Positions 17,579 through 26,769 of a stretch of DNA of 64,000 bases are shown here, piece by piece. Both the position numbers and the translations under genes were made by a program. How positions within the stretch are numbered: position 1 is the stretch's first letter; each line of letters starts with the position of its first letter. Origin of the DNA: Rhodospirillaceae bacterium (lineage in GTDB: Bacteria; Pseudomonadota; Alphaproteobacteria; Rhodospirillales; JABJKH01); NCBI GenBank assembly GCA_018660465.1, contig JABJKH010000008.1, forward strand, positions 74,398-138,397, in the 5' to 3' direction. The notes below the pieces were generated by a model. That model was not told where the DNA came from. It made no database searches and was given only the letters and a program-made list of their open reading frames with translations.

Positions 17579-18076
17579 ATGTCCCCTTACGGTAAACATA
17601 CACAAAAATACGAACGCGTTCCGGAGCCAGGTTCGCCACGGCAAACTGAAGGTTGGGCCTTGAATGAAGCTGCCAAACGTATGGCAGCAGCGATTACACT
17701 AGGGGACGTTTCTGATCACGATGTAAAAGCCAAGAGAAAATCGGCTGTCAAATTAAATTGGAAACTTTGGACAATTTTTCAGGCGGAATTAACACTCGAA
17801 GACTCGGGAATGGATGAAGAAATTCGACGTAACATGCTGACGCTGTGTAAATTTGTCGATAAACACACTATTGGCACCCTTGTTGAACCGACAGATTCAA
17901 AAATGAGCACCCTAATCGACCTAAACCGCAACATTGCTTTGGGTTTATTGCAGATGCCTGCCGATGAAGTTGACGCAATGGAAAAGGCTCGCGAAGCGGA
18001 GAAGCATGAGAATGCTAATGAGGATGATAAGCAAGGGGATGGGGCTCCCCATCAAAAGCTCGAGATCAATATTTGA
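17579..18076 (+). CDS. flaF: Flagellar biosynthesis regulator FlaF
   Basis: ...RQTEGWALNEAAKRM...AVKLNWKLWTIFQAEL...EIRRNMLTLCKFVDKHT matches the FlaF family pattern. The start is set at ATG 17579 (GGAG 6 nt upstream), not the TTG at 17546. Confidence 0.75.
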   Translation: MSPYGKHTQKYERVPEPGSPRQTEGWALNEAAKRMAAAITLGDVSDHDVKAKRKSAVKLNWKLWTIFQAELTLEDSGMDEEIRRNMLTLCKFVDKHTIGTLVEPTDSKMSTLIDLNRNIALGLLQMPADEVDAMEKAREAEKHENANEDDKQGDGAPHQKLEINI

Positions 18077-18231
18077 CGCGTGCAATGCCTCAAAGATTTC
18101 AAGTGTGAATTCGGTGCGCCCCCCCTCGTTAAACATCGACTTCCAAAAATGGTTTTCCCCGTTAGATAACACGCTTCGGATATCCAGCTTGGTTGTGCCC
18201 TTTATTGCGTGTTGGAATGTAGGCAGAATTT

Positions 18232-20274
18232 ATGAGTGACGATACAATCTCAGAACAAAAGCCCGAGGCCTCCCCGGAACCGTCGACTCCTGAACCAGAG
18301 ACTTATGCTCCGACGGTACTCCATGCTCAGATAGGGTCGGATGCCGATAAGCAGTTCTATGTGTCCGTTGCAAAAATTCTCGTCGAATTATTAACCTTAG
18401 ACGCGGTTGAATTGGCTGATTCAATATCGGAATTATTTAAGGAGAGAGACAACACGGCAGAAGGGTTTTGCCTTCTTGGATTGGTTTCTTGGAGATTGGC
18501 AGACAACGGTAAAGCCATTCAGTTATTAACGACAGCCCATGAATTGGCCCCCGATTGTCGAGATTATGTAGACGCATTGGCTACAATTCACACCCAGGTC
18601 GGAAATTTATCGGATGGGTTATACTATGCGAAGCTCGCAACCGCACTTGAACCTCATGAATACATTCATCCATTTCTTCCACCAGGGCTGTCCAACTATT
18701 TCACTGCACTATCAAGCACGTCGCCTTCAGGGCACTATGTGAACGGCCTCGTTAGATATAACCAAAGGCAGTTTGAGGCCGCAATAACTGAGTTGGAGGC
18801 GGAACTCGAACTCAACAATAATCATTATGAATGCCTTACTTTGTATGGAAAATGCCTGCATGAACTTGGTCGTTATGATGAAGCGATAATCGCGTTGCAA
18901 AAGGCAACCAAGATTAAACCGGATGGCGCGGAGCCGTTCATTGAAATGGGAAATTCCCTGTATCGCTTGGGATTATTCAAAGATGCCGTGACCTCGCACC
19001 TAACAGCATTAGAATTGGACCGAAGCATAGAAATCTGTGCCGCCGCCGCAGACGGAGTTAAATATCTCGGATCGGAATATGAGAGCGAAAGAAATAATCT
19101 AAATTCCCTCACCAACGAAATTTTTGACGAGATCGAGGTCTACCCGCCCAGAGAGCCACGCGGAGTAAAGTCCAATCCAGACATCATCCATATAGGCTAT
19201 ATTATAAATTCAATTTATCAGGGGGACTACTACCCATTATTTGAACCAATTTTACGGCATCACGACCACACAAAATTTAAGGTATTCGTCTACCAATTAT
19301 CGGTCACGGAAGATGCTTTATTCACACTCATCAAGAACCACGCTAATTCGACTCGGCAAGTTTATGATATCGATCCGGAAACGCTCGCCGTGATAGTTAG
19401 AAATGACCGCTTGGACGCCGTCGTGGACTTAACCGGATATAGCAATGGACAACAATATACTCTTCTTAAACAAGGCATCACTCCTGTTCAAATTGGACAC
19501 CTCCGATACCCATTTGGCATCACGTCGCCTGGAACAAATTTTGTAATTTCAGATAAGACTACGGCTGAAATGGACCAAAAGGAAATACCGGAAGGCGTAA
19601 AAAATATCGTCATGGATCACGGTCTATATGCAATTGATCCGCTTAATAATTTCCCTGATCCAGTGTCGGCTCCCGCAGTAAAAAATGGATTCGTTACTTT
19701 CGGAGGAAAGAGTGATCTCGCGACCCTTACGCCTAATCTTGCAAGGCTTTGGGCCGAAGTATTACGTGCGGTTCCAGACTCCCGGCTATCTCTGGGCGGT
19801 ACCGCGAAGCAATGCGACTACGCAAAAACACGAATCCACGAAATGTTCGATAATGAAGGCGTCGCGGACCGTGTTACAATCTTAGAACCGGAGCAAGCGA
19901 ATCCGGTTACAGATGTTAGCTTCTACAACAGCATCGATATCTATTTGGATAGCTTTCCAAACTCAGGCTCCAATATTATTATCGAGGCATTATGGATGGG
20001 GATTCCAGCGATTACTTTAGCGGGAGAGCAACGTTCCTCGCTTCTTGCAGCGTCCATCCTAAGCGCTGCAAATAAAGCAGAATGGATATCAAATTCAGAA
20101 GATCAATACGTAGAGTTGGTAGTGGAATTATCGAAAGACGGCAAATCACTCAGTAAAATTCGGAAGTCCTTGCGTCCAGAATTAGAAGAATCCAGCCTAT
20201 TCGATACGGCAGCACACACCAGAGCCTGGGAAAATGCAATTGAAAGCTGTATAAAACAATCCGAAGCCGGTTGA
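18232..20274 (+). CDS. TPR-repeat protein fused to a GT41 (SPY/OGT-like) glycosyltransferase domain; FlmG-like candidate flagellin glycosyltransferase
   Basis: The N-terminal roughly 290 aa carry TPR repeats (...YGKCLHELGRYDEAIIALQKATKIKPDGAEPFIEMGNSLYRLGLFKDAV...). The C-terminal region has ...DIYLDSFPNSGSNIIIEALWMGIPAITLAGE..., characteristic of the OGT/SPY C-terminal catalytic domain. The architecture equals Caulobacter FlmG. Confidence 0.65.
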   Translation: MSDDTISEQKPEASPEPSTPEPETYAPTVLHAQIGSDADKQFYVSVAKILVELLTLDAVELADSISELFKERDNTAEGFCLLGLVSWRLADNGKAIQLLTTAHELAPDCRDYVDALATIHTQVGNLSDGLYYAKLATALEPHEYIHPFLPPGLSNYFTALSSTSPSGHYVNGLVRYNQRQFEAAITELEAELELNNNHYECLTLYGKCLHELGRYDEAIIALQKATKIKPDGAEPFIEMGNSLYRLGLFKDAVTSHLTALELDRSIEICAAAADGVKYLGSEYESERNNLNSLTNEIFDEIEVYPPREPRGVKSNPDIIHIGYIINSIYQGDYYPLFEPILRHHDHTKFKVFVYQLSVTEDALFTLIKNHANSTRQVYDIDPETLAVIVRNDRLDAVVDLTGYSNGQQYTLLKQGITPVQIGHLRYPFGITSPGTNFVISDKTTAEMDQKEIPEGVKNIVMDHGLYAIDPLNNFPDPVSAPAVKNGFVTFGGKSDLATLTPNLARLWAEVLRAVPDSRLSLGGTAKQCDYAKTRIHEMFDNEGVADRVTILEPEQANPVTDVSFYNSIDIYLDSFPNSGSNIIIEALWMGIPAITLAGEQRSSLLAASILSAANKAEWISNSEDQYVELVVELSKDGKSLSKIRKSLRPELEESSLFDTAAHTRAWENAIESCIKQSEAG

Positions 20275-20290
20275 AATCCCCATTAATTAA

Positions 20291-22273
20291 CTATCCTGGC
20301 AAAGCATTATCTGCACTAGCTTCAGCTCCTGCCTCCGCTATGTTTTCTTTATTTAAGCTGCCGAGTTCCTTCAGCGCGTCTTCTCGCAGCTTTTCAATCA
20401 TAACTTGAACTTCTTCCTTAACGATTTCGGTAAATTTCGGTAACTTTTCCGGCTCGGTTATACGTTTCGTGTAATACGCTATCGAAATTATCATTTGGAA
20501 CAATGTCCCTCTGATGAGAGTAATAACGCCTCGATCCATCCGGCTTGGCCAAACTCCCGTATCGAAGACGAGCACTTTATTCAAATCAATTTGGTAGAAG
20601 TTATCGGACACATCCTCAACGCCATCAAAAATTTCAGATATTGTATCCATTACCGAATCCACGCTGTTCTCGAACTCTTTTTCATCCCAATATTCGCTAA
20701 ATTTTTCTTCGGTATAAACCGGCATTTTGTCATATATTTTCTGAAGGAGATCCTTTTTGCTAAGTAGAAACTCTGGGAGATCAATTTTCTCCGGCAATAT
20801 TGGTAATGTATTGGGAATATAGGCACCATCGCTACAGTTGTAATATCGTCGGCCACGCGTTTTCTTTAAAATTGCTGCCTCAAGGTGATCAAGCGATTCC
20901 AGCAACCCCTTCGACGTAAAGAAATCTCCACCAAAGTTCGACGTAACTGGGATGTCAAAGATTTGGTCTACATGCAGTGCATCCTCAGTATACTGATAGG
21001 CATCCTTTGAGTGGTGGCGCGCTTGGTCAATCGTGCCGCAATCGACCCCAAAAAAGTAAAAGTCTTTAAATCCTAATTCCTGAGCAAATGAAAACGACGC
21101 ATTCACCACAGTATTGTGCGGGCGTTCAAGGGTAGAAGCCTTGTCATCAAAATAAATAGGGAACGGGGATAAACTCGCGCGAGAATAATAGATGATATTA
21201 TCAAAATACTTGGTCACTGTCGGATCAACCGTCGTCGCGGCAACATACAGGATAGAAGATAAATCGTACTTTTCAGCAACTTGGTCTACAGTTAGATCGA
21301 CATTGAGATTTTCTTGTTCCAGATGCATATCTGGCAAAATTCCATTGAAGACAAGAGGGCGTAGCGATGTCCCCGCCGAAATAATAAAAGCGCGGTCAGC
21401 GTTTTTCTTAATCATAGGAAGGCACGCATCCAAAGAGGGGCCACTGCCAACGACAAAGACCGGGATGTCAGCCGGAAACATCTCATTTGGGCGTTGATAG
21501 TATTTTGATTCTCCCGAACATAAATTTACATGGCAATTTTTCAGCATAAGTGTTTCGTCGTAGAAAAAACCTAGGCTGGTCGCAATCAAATTCACATCCC
21601 GGGCGAGCTTTTGAAAGGCTTCATCCAAAATAGCGTTTTTTTGATGCATAATAATCGACACACCATCGACACCACCAATATTGCTGCCTCGGATAAATAA
21701 TCGGGCATATATGCCAATCTGATCCGGCGAAGTATCTATTACGAATTTGATGCGCCCATTACGAGACGTTATGAGCTCATCAAGTTTTTCCCAGTCGTAA
21801 ACTTCTAATGAATGATATAAAAACTCGTAGTTCACATCAGCAAATACAATTGCGGAACAATTCGTTCTTTCGACGATTTCATCGATATGAAGACCAAGAC
21901 CAATACCAAAGACTACGACTGTAAATGCATTATCGGAAACTATTCTACGGTGGTAGGAAATATCCTCTTTGTCTGCCCGTAAAAGAATATTAAAGAGGGT
22001 GGGACCAGCATAATCATCCATGCCGTCAGTTTGGGGCGGATTAATTTCTACCCGTGTCGGCAAAGCCCACGTCTTCTCAAGCTGATTTTTGGCAAATTCT
22101 GCCGCTTTGTTATTGTAATAATACTGGCCATCAAACCACACGTCGGGTTCGCCATCTTCGTCAATTCTTAGTTCCGAAATTGGTTTGTAGTCTTTGAGAG
22201 CGGCATAAATTTCCGGGTATATCGCCTCAAACATTTCCAAGTTATTTTTGCGAAGCTCTTCACGATCCACCAT
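20291..22273 (-). CDS. maf: Motility-associated factor (Maf, DUF115/MptE-like) glycosyltransferase family protein
   Basis: 660 aa. N-terminal ...RKNNLEMFEAIYPEIYAALKDY and central ...VFVVGSGPSLD... match the Maf family. SD GAAGGA is present. The gene lies beside the flagellin gene. Confidence 0.75.
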   Translation of the reverse strand: MVDREELRKNNLEMFEAIYPEIYAALKDYKPISELRIDEDGEPDVWFDGQYYYNNKAAEFAKNQLEKTWALPTRVEINPPQTDGMDDYAGPTLFNILLRADKEDISYHRRIVSDNAFTVVVFGIGLGLHIDEIVERTNCSAIVFADVNYEFLYHSLEVYDWEKLDELITSRNGRIKFVIDTSPDQIGIYARLFIRGSNIGGVDGVSIIMHQKNAILDEAFQKLARDVNLIATSLGFFYDETLMLKNCHVNLCSGESKYYQRPNEMFPADIPVFVVGSGPSLDACLPMIKKNADRAFIISAGTSLRPLVFNGILPDMHLEQENLNVDLTVDQVAEKYDLSSILYVAATTVDPTVTKYFDNIIYYSRASLSPFPIYFDDKASTLERPHNTVVNASFSFAQELGFKDFYFFGVDCGTIDQARHHSKDAYQYTEDALHVDQIFDIPVTSNFGGDFFTSKGLLESLDHLEAAILKKTRGRRYYNCSDGAYIPNTLPILPEKIDLPEFLLSKKDLLQKIYDKMPVYTEEKFSEYWDEKEFENSVDSVMDTISEIFDGVEDVSDNFYQIDLNKVLVFDTGVWPSRMDRGVITLIRGTLFQMIISIAYYTKRITEPEKLPKFTEIVKEEVQVMIEKLREDALKELGSLNKENIAEAGAEASADNALPG

Positions 22274-22414
22274 GGTCGGTCCTTCTTAGTCGGGCTCAAA
22301 ATTCGAGTTATATTTAAAGTATTTAGAATAACGATTAAAGAGTTTCACATATTATTCTAAAATTCTAATGCAATTTTTATTAAAATTAAATAAATAGAGC
22401 GTAAAATCTAACGA

Positions 22415-22442
22415 TAAAGTTTTCAACAGTATTGATCGACAA
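22415..22442 (+). promoter_or_regulatory. Candidate sigma-28 (FliA)-type promoter
   Basis: TAAAGTTT-N11/12-gATCGACAA compares with the enteric consensus TAAAGTTT-N11-GCCGATAA. The -35 is perfect and the CGA core is present. It is 74 nt upstream of the 273-aa ORF. Confidence 0.35.
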
Positions 22443-22515
22443 CTAATTGATTTAAAAGATTTTTTATGGTACTGTTAAGAACTTAAAATGCTCACTCTGG
22501 ACATGGTTTAATTTC

Positions 22516-23337
22516 ATGGCGCCCGTCAGTTTTGGACAAACATTTTCTCAGATAACGGCCAACGCCGCAGCGCCGGCGTTCGAGCTACAATTCAGCCAAA
22601 TTCAGAACACGCTCATCCGACGTTTGAACGGTGAAATCGATAAATTGTCTGACGACCCGATTACGGACATTAAATTGCGGCGATTAAGAACTGAGGGGCA
22701 GAAATTAATTGATGCTCAGCCGGTTGTTGAGGATTTTCTTCAAAAGACGCGTAACTCGCTTATCGCAGTTCAGGGCATTTCGGATGATTTAAGTAATTTG
22801 AATGATCTTTTGGGGGCTGACGATAACGTTACCCAAGCAGAGGTTGATGCATTTGTCGCCCAACGTGATGCAATAGGTGAGCGAATTAATAACCTATTTA
22901 TTTTCAGCAATGTTGATATCCCTAATTTCGACGCGGTAAAATTGTTTAAGGATCAGCTGGAAGATTTTCAGGCGCTTACACCTGTCGTTGGAACGAAGTC
23001 CGTAGACAATGCGGCTGTCACCGCGGGCGTGTCCGATCTTACGGCCCGGTCCTTTAACGCCGAAGCACTCATTGCGATTACGGTCGAGCAGGCCGTTGAT
23101 GTGAGCCTCAATATTCAGCGAGATTTCATTGGCGTTGATAGCGATATTCTTGTGCTTGAAACGTCAGCTTTTGCAGAGAAACAAACGGAAATCGATAATC
23201 TAAAAGCTGATGCGGCGAATCTTTTGCAAATATTTTCACTCGCATTTGACGCCCAGGCTAAGTTTGCGCAGAACATCGCAGATTCGCTCCGGCCCCAGAC
23301 TCCTGCGCCAGGCTCCGTACTTAATCTTTTCGCCTAG
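22516..23337 (+). CDS. Uncharacterised flagellar-locus protein (273 aa, acidic, Cys/Trp/His/Tyr-free)
   Basis: This long ORF lies between maf and the flagellin gene. Its composition resembles exported axial proteins, and its C-terminus ...PGSVLNLFA echoes the flagellin C-terminus ...QGILSLFR. I see no obvious SD and recognise no family. Confidence 0.55.
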   Translation: MAPVSFGQTFSQITANAAAPAFELQFSQIQNTLIRRLNGEIDKLSDDPITDIKLRRLRTEGQKLIDAQPVVEDFLQKTRNSLIAVQGISDDLSNLNDLLGADDNVTQAEVDAFVAQRDAIGERINNLFIFSNVDIPNFDAVKLFKDQLEDFQALTPVVGTKSVDNAAVTAGVSDLTARSFNAEALIAITVEQAVDVSLNIQRDFIGVDSDILVLETSAFAEKQTEIDNLKADAANLLQIFSLAFDAQAKFAQNIADSLRPQTPAPGSVLNLFA

Positions 23338-23547
23338 AACATCTTAAAATTTAAGGGAAATTGCGCGTGATATTCACGTAATGATTACCCGCGCTTATCT
23401 TATCCAAGACTCCCATACAATGACCTATAGTGATTGCGTAATACGCACGACCGAATAGCCTCGTCCCCACCTTACGATGCCTAGTGGAATTTGCTGCATT
23501 GTTAATCCAGAGTCTTTGTATTAGCGGCCTTCGCGACACGCTTTAAT

Positions 23548-23583
23548 AAAAAAAATCCCGCCGCAGTCGAAACTACGGCGGGA
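23548..23583 (-). terminator. Rho-independent terminator of the flagellin gene (possibly bidirectional)
   Basis: The minus strand reads CCCGCCGtagtttcgactgCGGCGGGattttttttatt. It lies 65 nt downstream of the flagellin stop. Confidence 0.8.
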
Positions 23584-23648
23584 AAATTTTCGAAAGGTTT
23601 GGAAAACTAAATTAGAAATTTTCCAAACAATCTTACCTAACTTAGGGC

Positions 23649-24827
23649 CTATCTGAACAAGCTCAGAATTCCCTGTTCGGCCTGACCAGCAAATGCCAGG
23701 GCGGAAATACCCAGCTGCTGTCTGGTTTGCAGGGCCAACAGGTTGGCACCTTCTTCGTTGATGTCCGCCAACGTTAGTTTGGCTGCACCACCAGCAAGGT
23801 TGTTCACATACTGTTCTGTGAAATCCAACCGAGTTTGTAGCAATGCAACGTTCGAACCCAGGGTCTGAGCATTAGACCGGAGAGTTGTCAACGCGTCATC
23901 CAACTGCGTGATCGCGGTATCGACCTGCGTCGTGTTTCCTTCAGCGATGAAGTTGTCATTATTACCCGCAATGCTATCGACGGTAAGCTCGGTCGATGAG
24001 ACCGTAAGAGAACCAAAGAACACGTTGGAAGCAAGAGTATCGATAGACGCTGTGTTTGCATTACCAATCAACGTAACCGATAAAACATCGCCCTGACTAA
24101 GCGTTTCACTTCCGCCGCCACTACCACCGACACCAAGAAGGATGGACAGTGTTCCGAAGGTAATCGTCGGACCAGCCGCCGTTACACCGCCAGCAGTAAT
24201 TCCGACGCCCGTACCTTGATACGTTACCGTAATTACAGTACCTGCAGCACCCGTATTCAATGCCAAGCTGGTAACGCCGGAGAAGTTAAACGACGTGTTC
24301 GAAGCCGCAACAGCCTGTCCGATGTCAAGACCAGTTTCGGAAATGTTCACGCCATCAATGGCCAGAGAACTTGCAGTTTCCTGACTGAAGCTCACCGCCA
24401 ATTGCTCGGTCGTGGCATTAACAAGGTTTACGCCCTGGAAGGAAGTATCTTCCGTCAACGTTCCGATTTGCGTACGCAGACTGTTAAACTGCGTAATTAG
24501 ATCTGTAAACTGTGTTCCTGTAGCGGACTTAAGGCTACCGGCAACACCTTTGATCTGACGCACGATGCTTTCAACAGCCTCGATGCCGCCAAGAGCCGTT
24601 TCAACCGTACTAATACCCTGGTCAATTGCGTCTTTCTTTTCGCCGAAGTCGAAAGCACGATCAGACAAGGTCTTTGCTTGGAAGAATGAGACTGGATCGT
24701 CAGTTGCAGCAGCAACCCGCAAACCAGTAGAGAGTCGACCCTGAGTGGTGTCAATTAACCGAGTCGTATCTTTGAGAGAGAGCAGGCTATCACGCACTGC
24801 AGTTGATAGTGTTACTTCTGAAGCCAT
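23649..24827 (-). CDS. Flagellin
   Basis: 392 aa. N-terminal ...LSTAVRDSLLSLKDTTRLIDTTQGRLSTGLRVAAATDDP and C-terminal ...DINEEGANLLALQTRQQLGISALAFAGQAEQGILSLFR are flagellin D0/D1 helices. The central region is Ser/Thr/Gly-rich. SD AGGAG lies 8 nt upstream. Confidence 0.9.
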   Translation of the reverse strand: MASEVTLSTAVRDSLLSLKDTTRLIDTTQGRLSTGLRVAAATDDPVSFFQAKTLSDRAFDFGEKKDAIDQGISTVETALGGIEAVESIVRQIKGVAGSLKSATGTQFTDLITQFNSLRTQIGTLTEDTSFQGVNLVNATTEQLAVSFSQETASSLAIDGVNISETGLDIGQAVAASNTSFNFSGVTSLALNTGAAGTVITVTYQGTGVGITAGGVTAAGPTITFGTLSILLGVGGSGGGSETLSQGDVLSVTLIGNANTASIDTLASNVFFGSLTVSSTELTVDSIAGNNDNFIAEGNTTQVDTAITQLDDALTTLRSNAQTLGSNVALLQTRLDFTEQYVNNLAGGAAKLTLADINEEGANLLALQTRQQLGISALAFAGQAEQGILSLFR

Positions 24828-24858
24828 TTTGGTTTCTCCTTTCTAGAGAAAATATTTC

Positions 24859-24876
24859 CAAGGCATTTTTGCCTTG
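24859..24876 (-). promoter_or_regulatory. Stem-loop in the flagellin 5' leader
   Basis: The minus strand reads CAAGGCA-aaaa-TGCCTTG, a 7-bp stem with a 4-nt loop. It lies 32-49 nt upstream of the flagellin ATG, and an alternative pairing with the preceding CCAAG is possible. Confidence 0.4.
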
Positions 24877-25110
24877 CACTTGGTGTCACAAACAAAGTTA
24901 AAGCGTTTCTCGCTTTCACCAAGCTCTCGCATACTAACAAATTAGATTTCAATGTAAAGAAGTTTTTTCTTAACAAATCCTTACCGGGAGCACGGCCCCA
25001 GGAATTAGCTATATTTCAAATATATGGGCATTTGACATATAGGTAACTCAAGAGTGTATGTTATACATCTATTTAGTGAAATATTCTATAAAATCAGCAG
25101 GTAATCAGTC

Positions 25111-25563
25111 GTGCCACTTAAATTAGACTTAAAAACCGGTATTCGCTTGGTCATCAATGGGGCGGTGATTGAGAACATCGGCCCAAATACAAAACTCTTG
25201 GTTCACAATGAATCGTCGATTTTACGTGAGAAAGAGATTTTATCGGCCGACGATTCGGCAACACCGGCATCTAGAGCCTACTTTGCGCTTCAATGCGCCT
25301 ATATGTTCCCTCAGGAAAAGGAGAAATACTTAGATTTATTCCTGCCGCTCTTGAACGACTATACCCAAGCCCTGCCCAGTTCGGCTGAAATTGGCGTCGA
25401 TATAAAGGCGGCCCTGGATGAGGGCAAACTATATAAGGCACTAAAAGGGGCTCAGGATTTGGTCCGCCATGAAGCCAAGATTGTCGAGGATATGCGCCAT
25501 ACCGCCGAAGAAGAAACCGGGGAATACCTGCCAGAGGCTGGCGACGATATCGGAAATAGATAG
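25111..25563 (+). CDS. flbT: Flagellar biosynthesis repressor FlbT
   Basis: MPLKLDLKTGIRLVINGAVIENIGPNTKLLVHNESSILREKEIL... is the characteristic FlbT N-terminus. The gene has a GTG start and is divergent from the flagellin gene. Confidence 0.8.
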   Translation: MPLKLDLKTGIRLVINGAVIENIGPNTKLLVHNESSILREKEILSADDSATPASRAYFALQCAYMFPQEKEKYLDLFLPLLNDYTQALPSSAEIGVDIKAALDEGKLYKALKGAQDLVRHEAKIVEDMRHTAEEETGEYLPEAGDDIGNR

Positions 25564-25579
25564 GAAGATAGATAAATTG

Positions 25580-26650
25580 CTAGCCTGACGGGACTAATTT
25601 TCCCAATTCTTCCGCCACAGTTTTGATCGTTTCATCCCACTCAAACCTTTGCGTTGACCGAAAAAGTCGGGCTGACGGATACCAAGGCGTCTTCTCCCCT
25701 TCCAGCATATACGGCCAATAAGGGACTTTCACGACCATTACCCACACCGGAATTCCCATAGAGCCCGCCAAGTGTGCAATCGCAGTATCAACGGTTATAA
25801 CCAAGTCCATGCAGGCCATAGCCGCCACGACATCAACGAATATGTCTTTACCATTGAGTTCCGGCCCCAAGTGTTCAAATGGCCAGTTGCCATCGACATC
25901 CGCAACCTGATCCTCTCCCGCGCCAACCTGAAGCCCATAAAATTGCGCGCCCTCAACACCCATCAGAGGTGCCATCTCCTTTAGAGGTATTGAACGTTCG
26001 GCATCACGGATTTGATCCGGATTACCTTGCCAACATATCCCGACCTTAAATTTCCCCTGCAATCGAGTTTGCCATTTCTTTTTTAAGGCCGGATCGGCAG
26101 AGAAAACATTGCTATCTGGAATGGAATCAAGGGTCGTATTGAAAACTGCTGGCAAACTCAATGAGTGAAGATGAAAATCGATGACATCCAAGGGAATAGG
26201 CTCGCCATCCTCAATTATGATCAACTCTGGGAAAGCCGCCTGAAACAACCGACGTCCTCCCACGGGGGCCGCGAACATTACTTTTCCAACACGTTCTAAC
26301 GCCAACGGAAAATAACGTGCTGACATGAACACGTCTCCAAACCCTTGGTCTCTATGAATTAGAAGTGTCGATTCTTTAGCCGGACTCCCATCCCAATAGG
26401 GTATCGGAAATTGCGTTACTTTCTTTGCAAGGTACGCCTGCATTTCAAGCCTGCGCTGGAACAGGGGCCACGCTTCTTCGTAATCCCCCTTCAGAAGTTT
26501 AAAACTTGCATATTCATAAAGTCCCTCCGGGAATGCGGGTCGGCGCCTCTCAAATTGCTTAAAAATACTCTCAGCCATAAAAAAATCGCCTGCCCACATA
26601 AGTTCAAGCGCGCGATTGACGGATTGAAGCAATAATTGCATTTCATGCAT
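25580..26650 (-). CDS. GT9 (heptosyltransferase-fold)-like protein with a short TPR-like N-terminus
   Basis: 356 aa with ...LLIHRDQGFGDVFMSARYFP..., ...VGICWQGNP... and ...MDLVITVDTAIAHLAGSMGIPVWVMV...WYPSARLFRS. It is a paralogue of the C-terminal half of the 60554-62134 protein. Confidence 0.55.
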   Translation of the reverse strand: MHEMQLLLQSVNRALELMWAGDFFMAESIFKQFERRRPAFPEGLYEYASFKLLKGDYEEAWPLFQRRLEMQAYLAKKVTQFPIPYWDGSPAKESTLLIHRDQGFGDVFMSARYFPLALERVGKVMFAAPVGGRRLFQAAFPELIIIEDGEPIPLDVIDFHLHSLSLPAVFNTTLDSIPDSNVFSADPALKKKWQTRLQGKFKVGICWQGNPDQIRDAERSIPLKEMAPLMGVEGAQFYGLQVGAGEDQVADVDGNWPFEHLGPELNGKDIFVDVVAAMACMDLVITVDTAIAHLAGSMGIPVWVMVVKVPYWPYMLEGEKTPWYPSARLFRSTQRFEWDETIKTVAEELGKLVPSG

Positions 26651-26769
26651 ACACTTGAACCAACTCTTCTCTGTGACTTCTCGGTTAACGCGGCGGTAAT
26701 TAATTCTGCGTTATCTTTAGGCTTAGGCCAATATACTCTTTATCCTATTTATGCGCACAGGAGAATAAG

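Noticed and set aside
17379-17639. 86-aa minus-strand ORF overlapping the flaF start
   Set aside because: It has no SD and its hydrophobic translation looks like junk. It overlaps the flaF ribosome-binding region and N-terminus.
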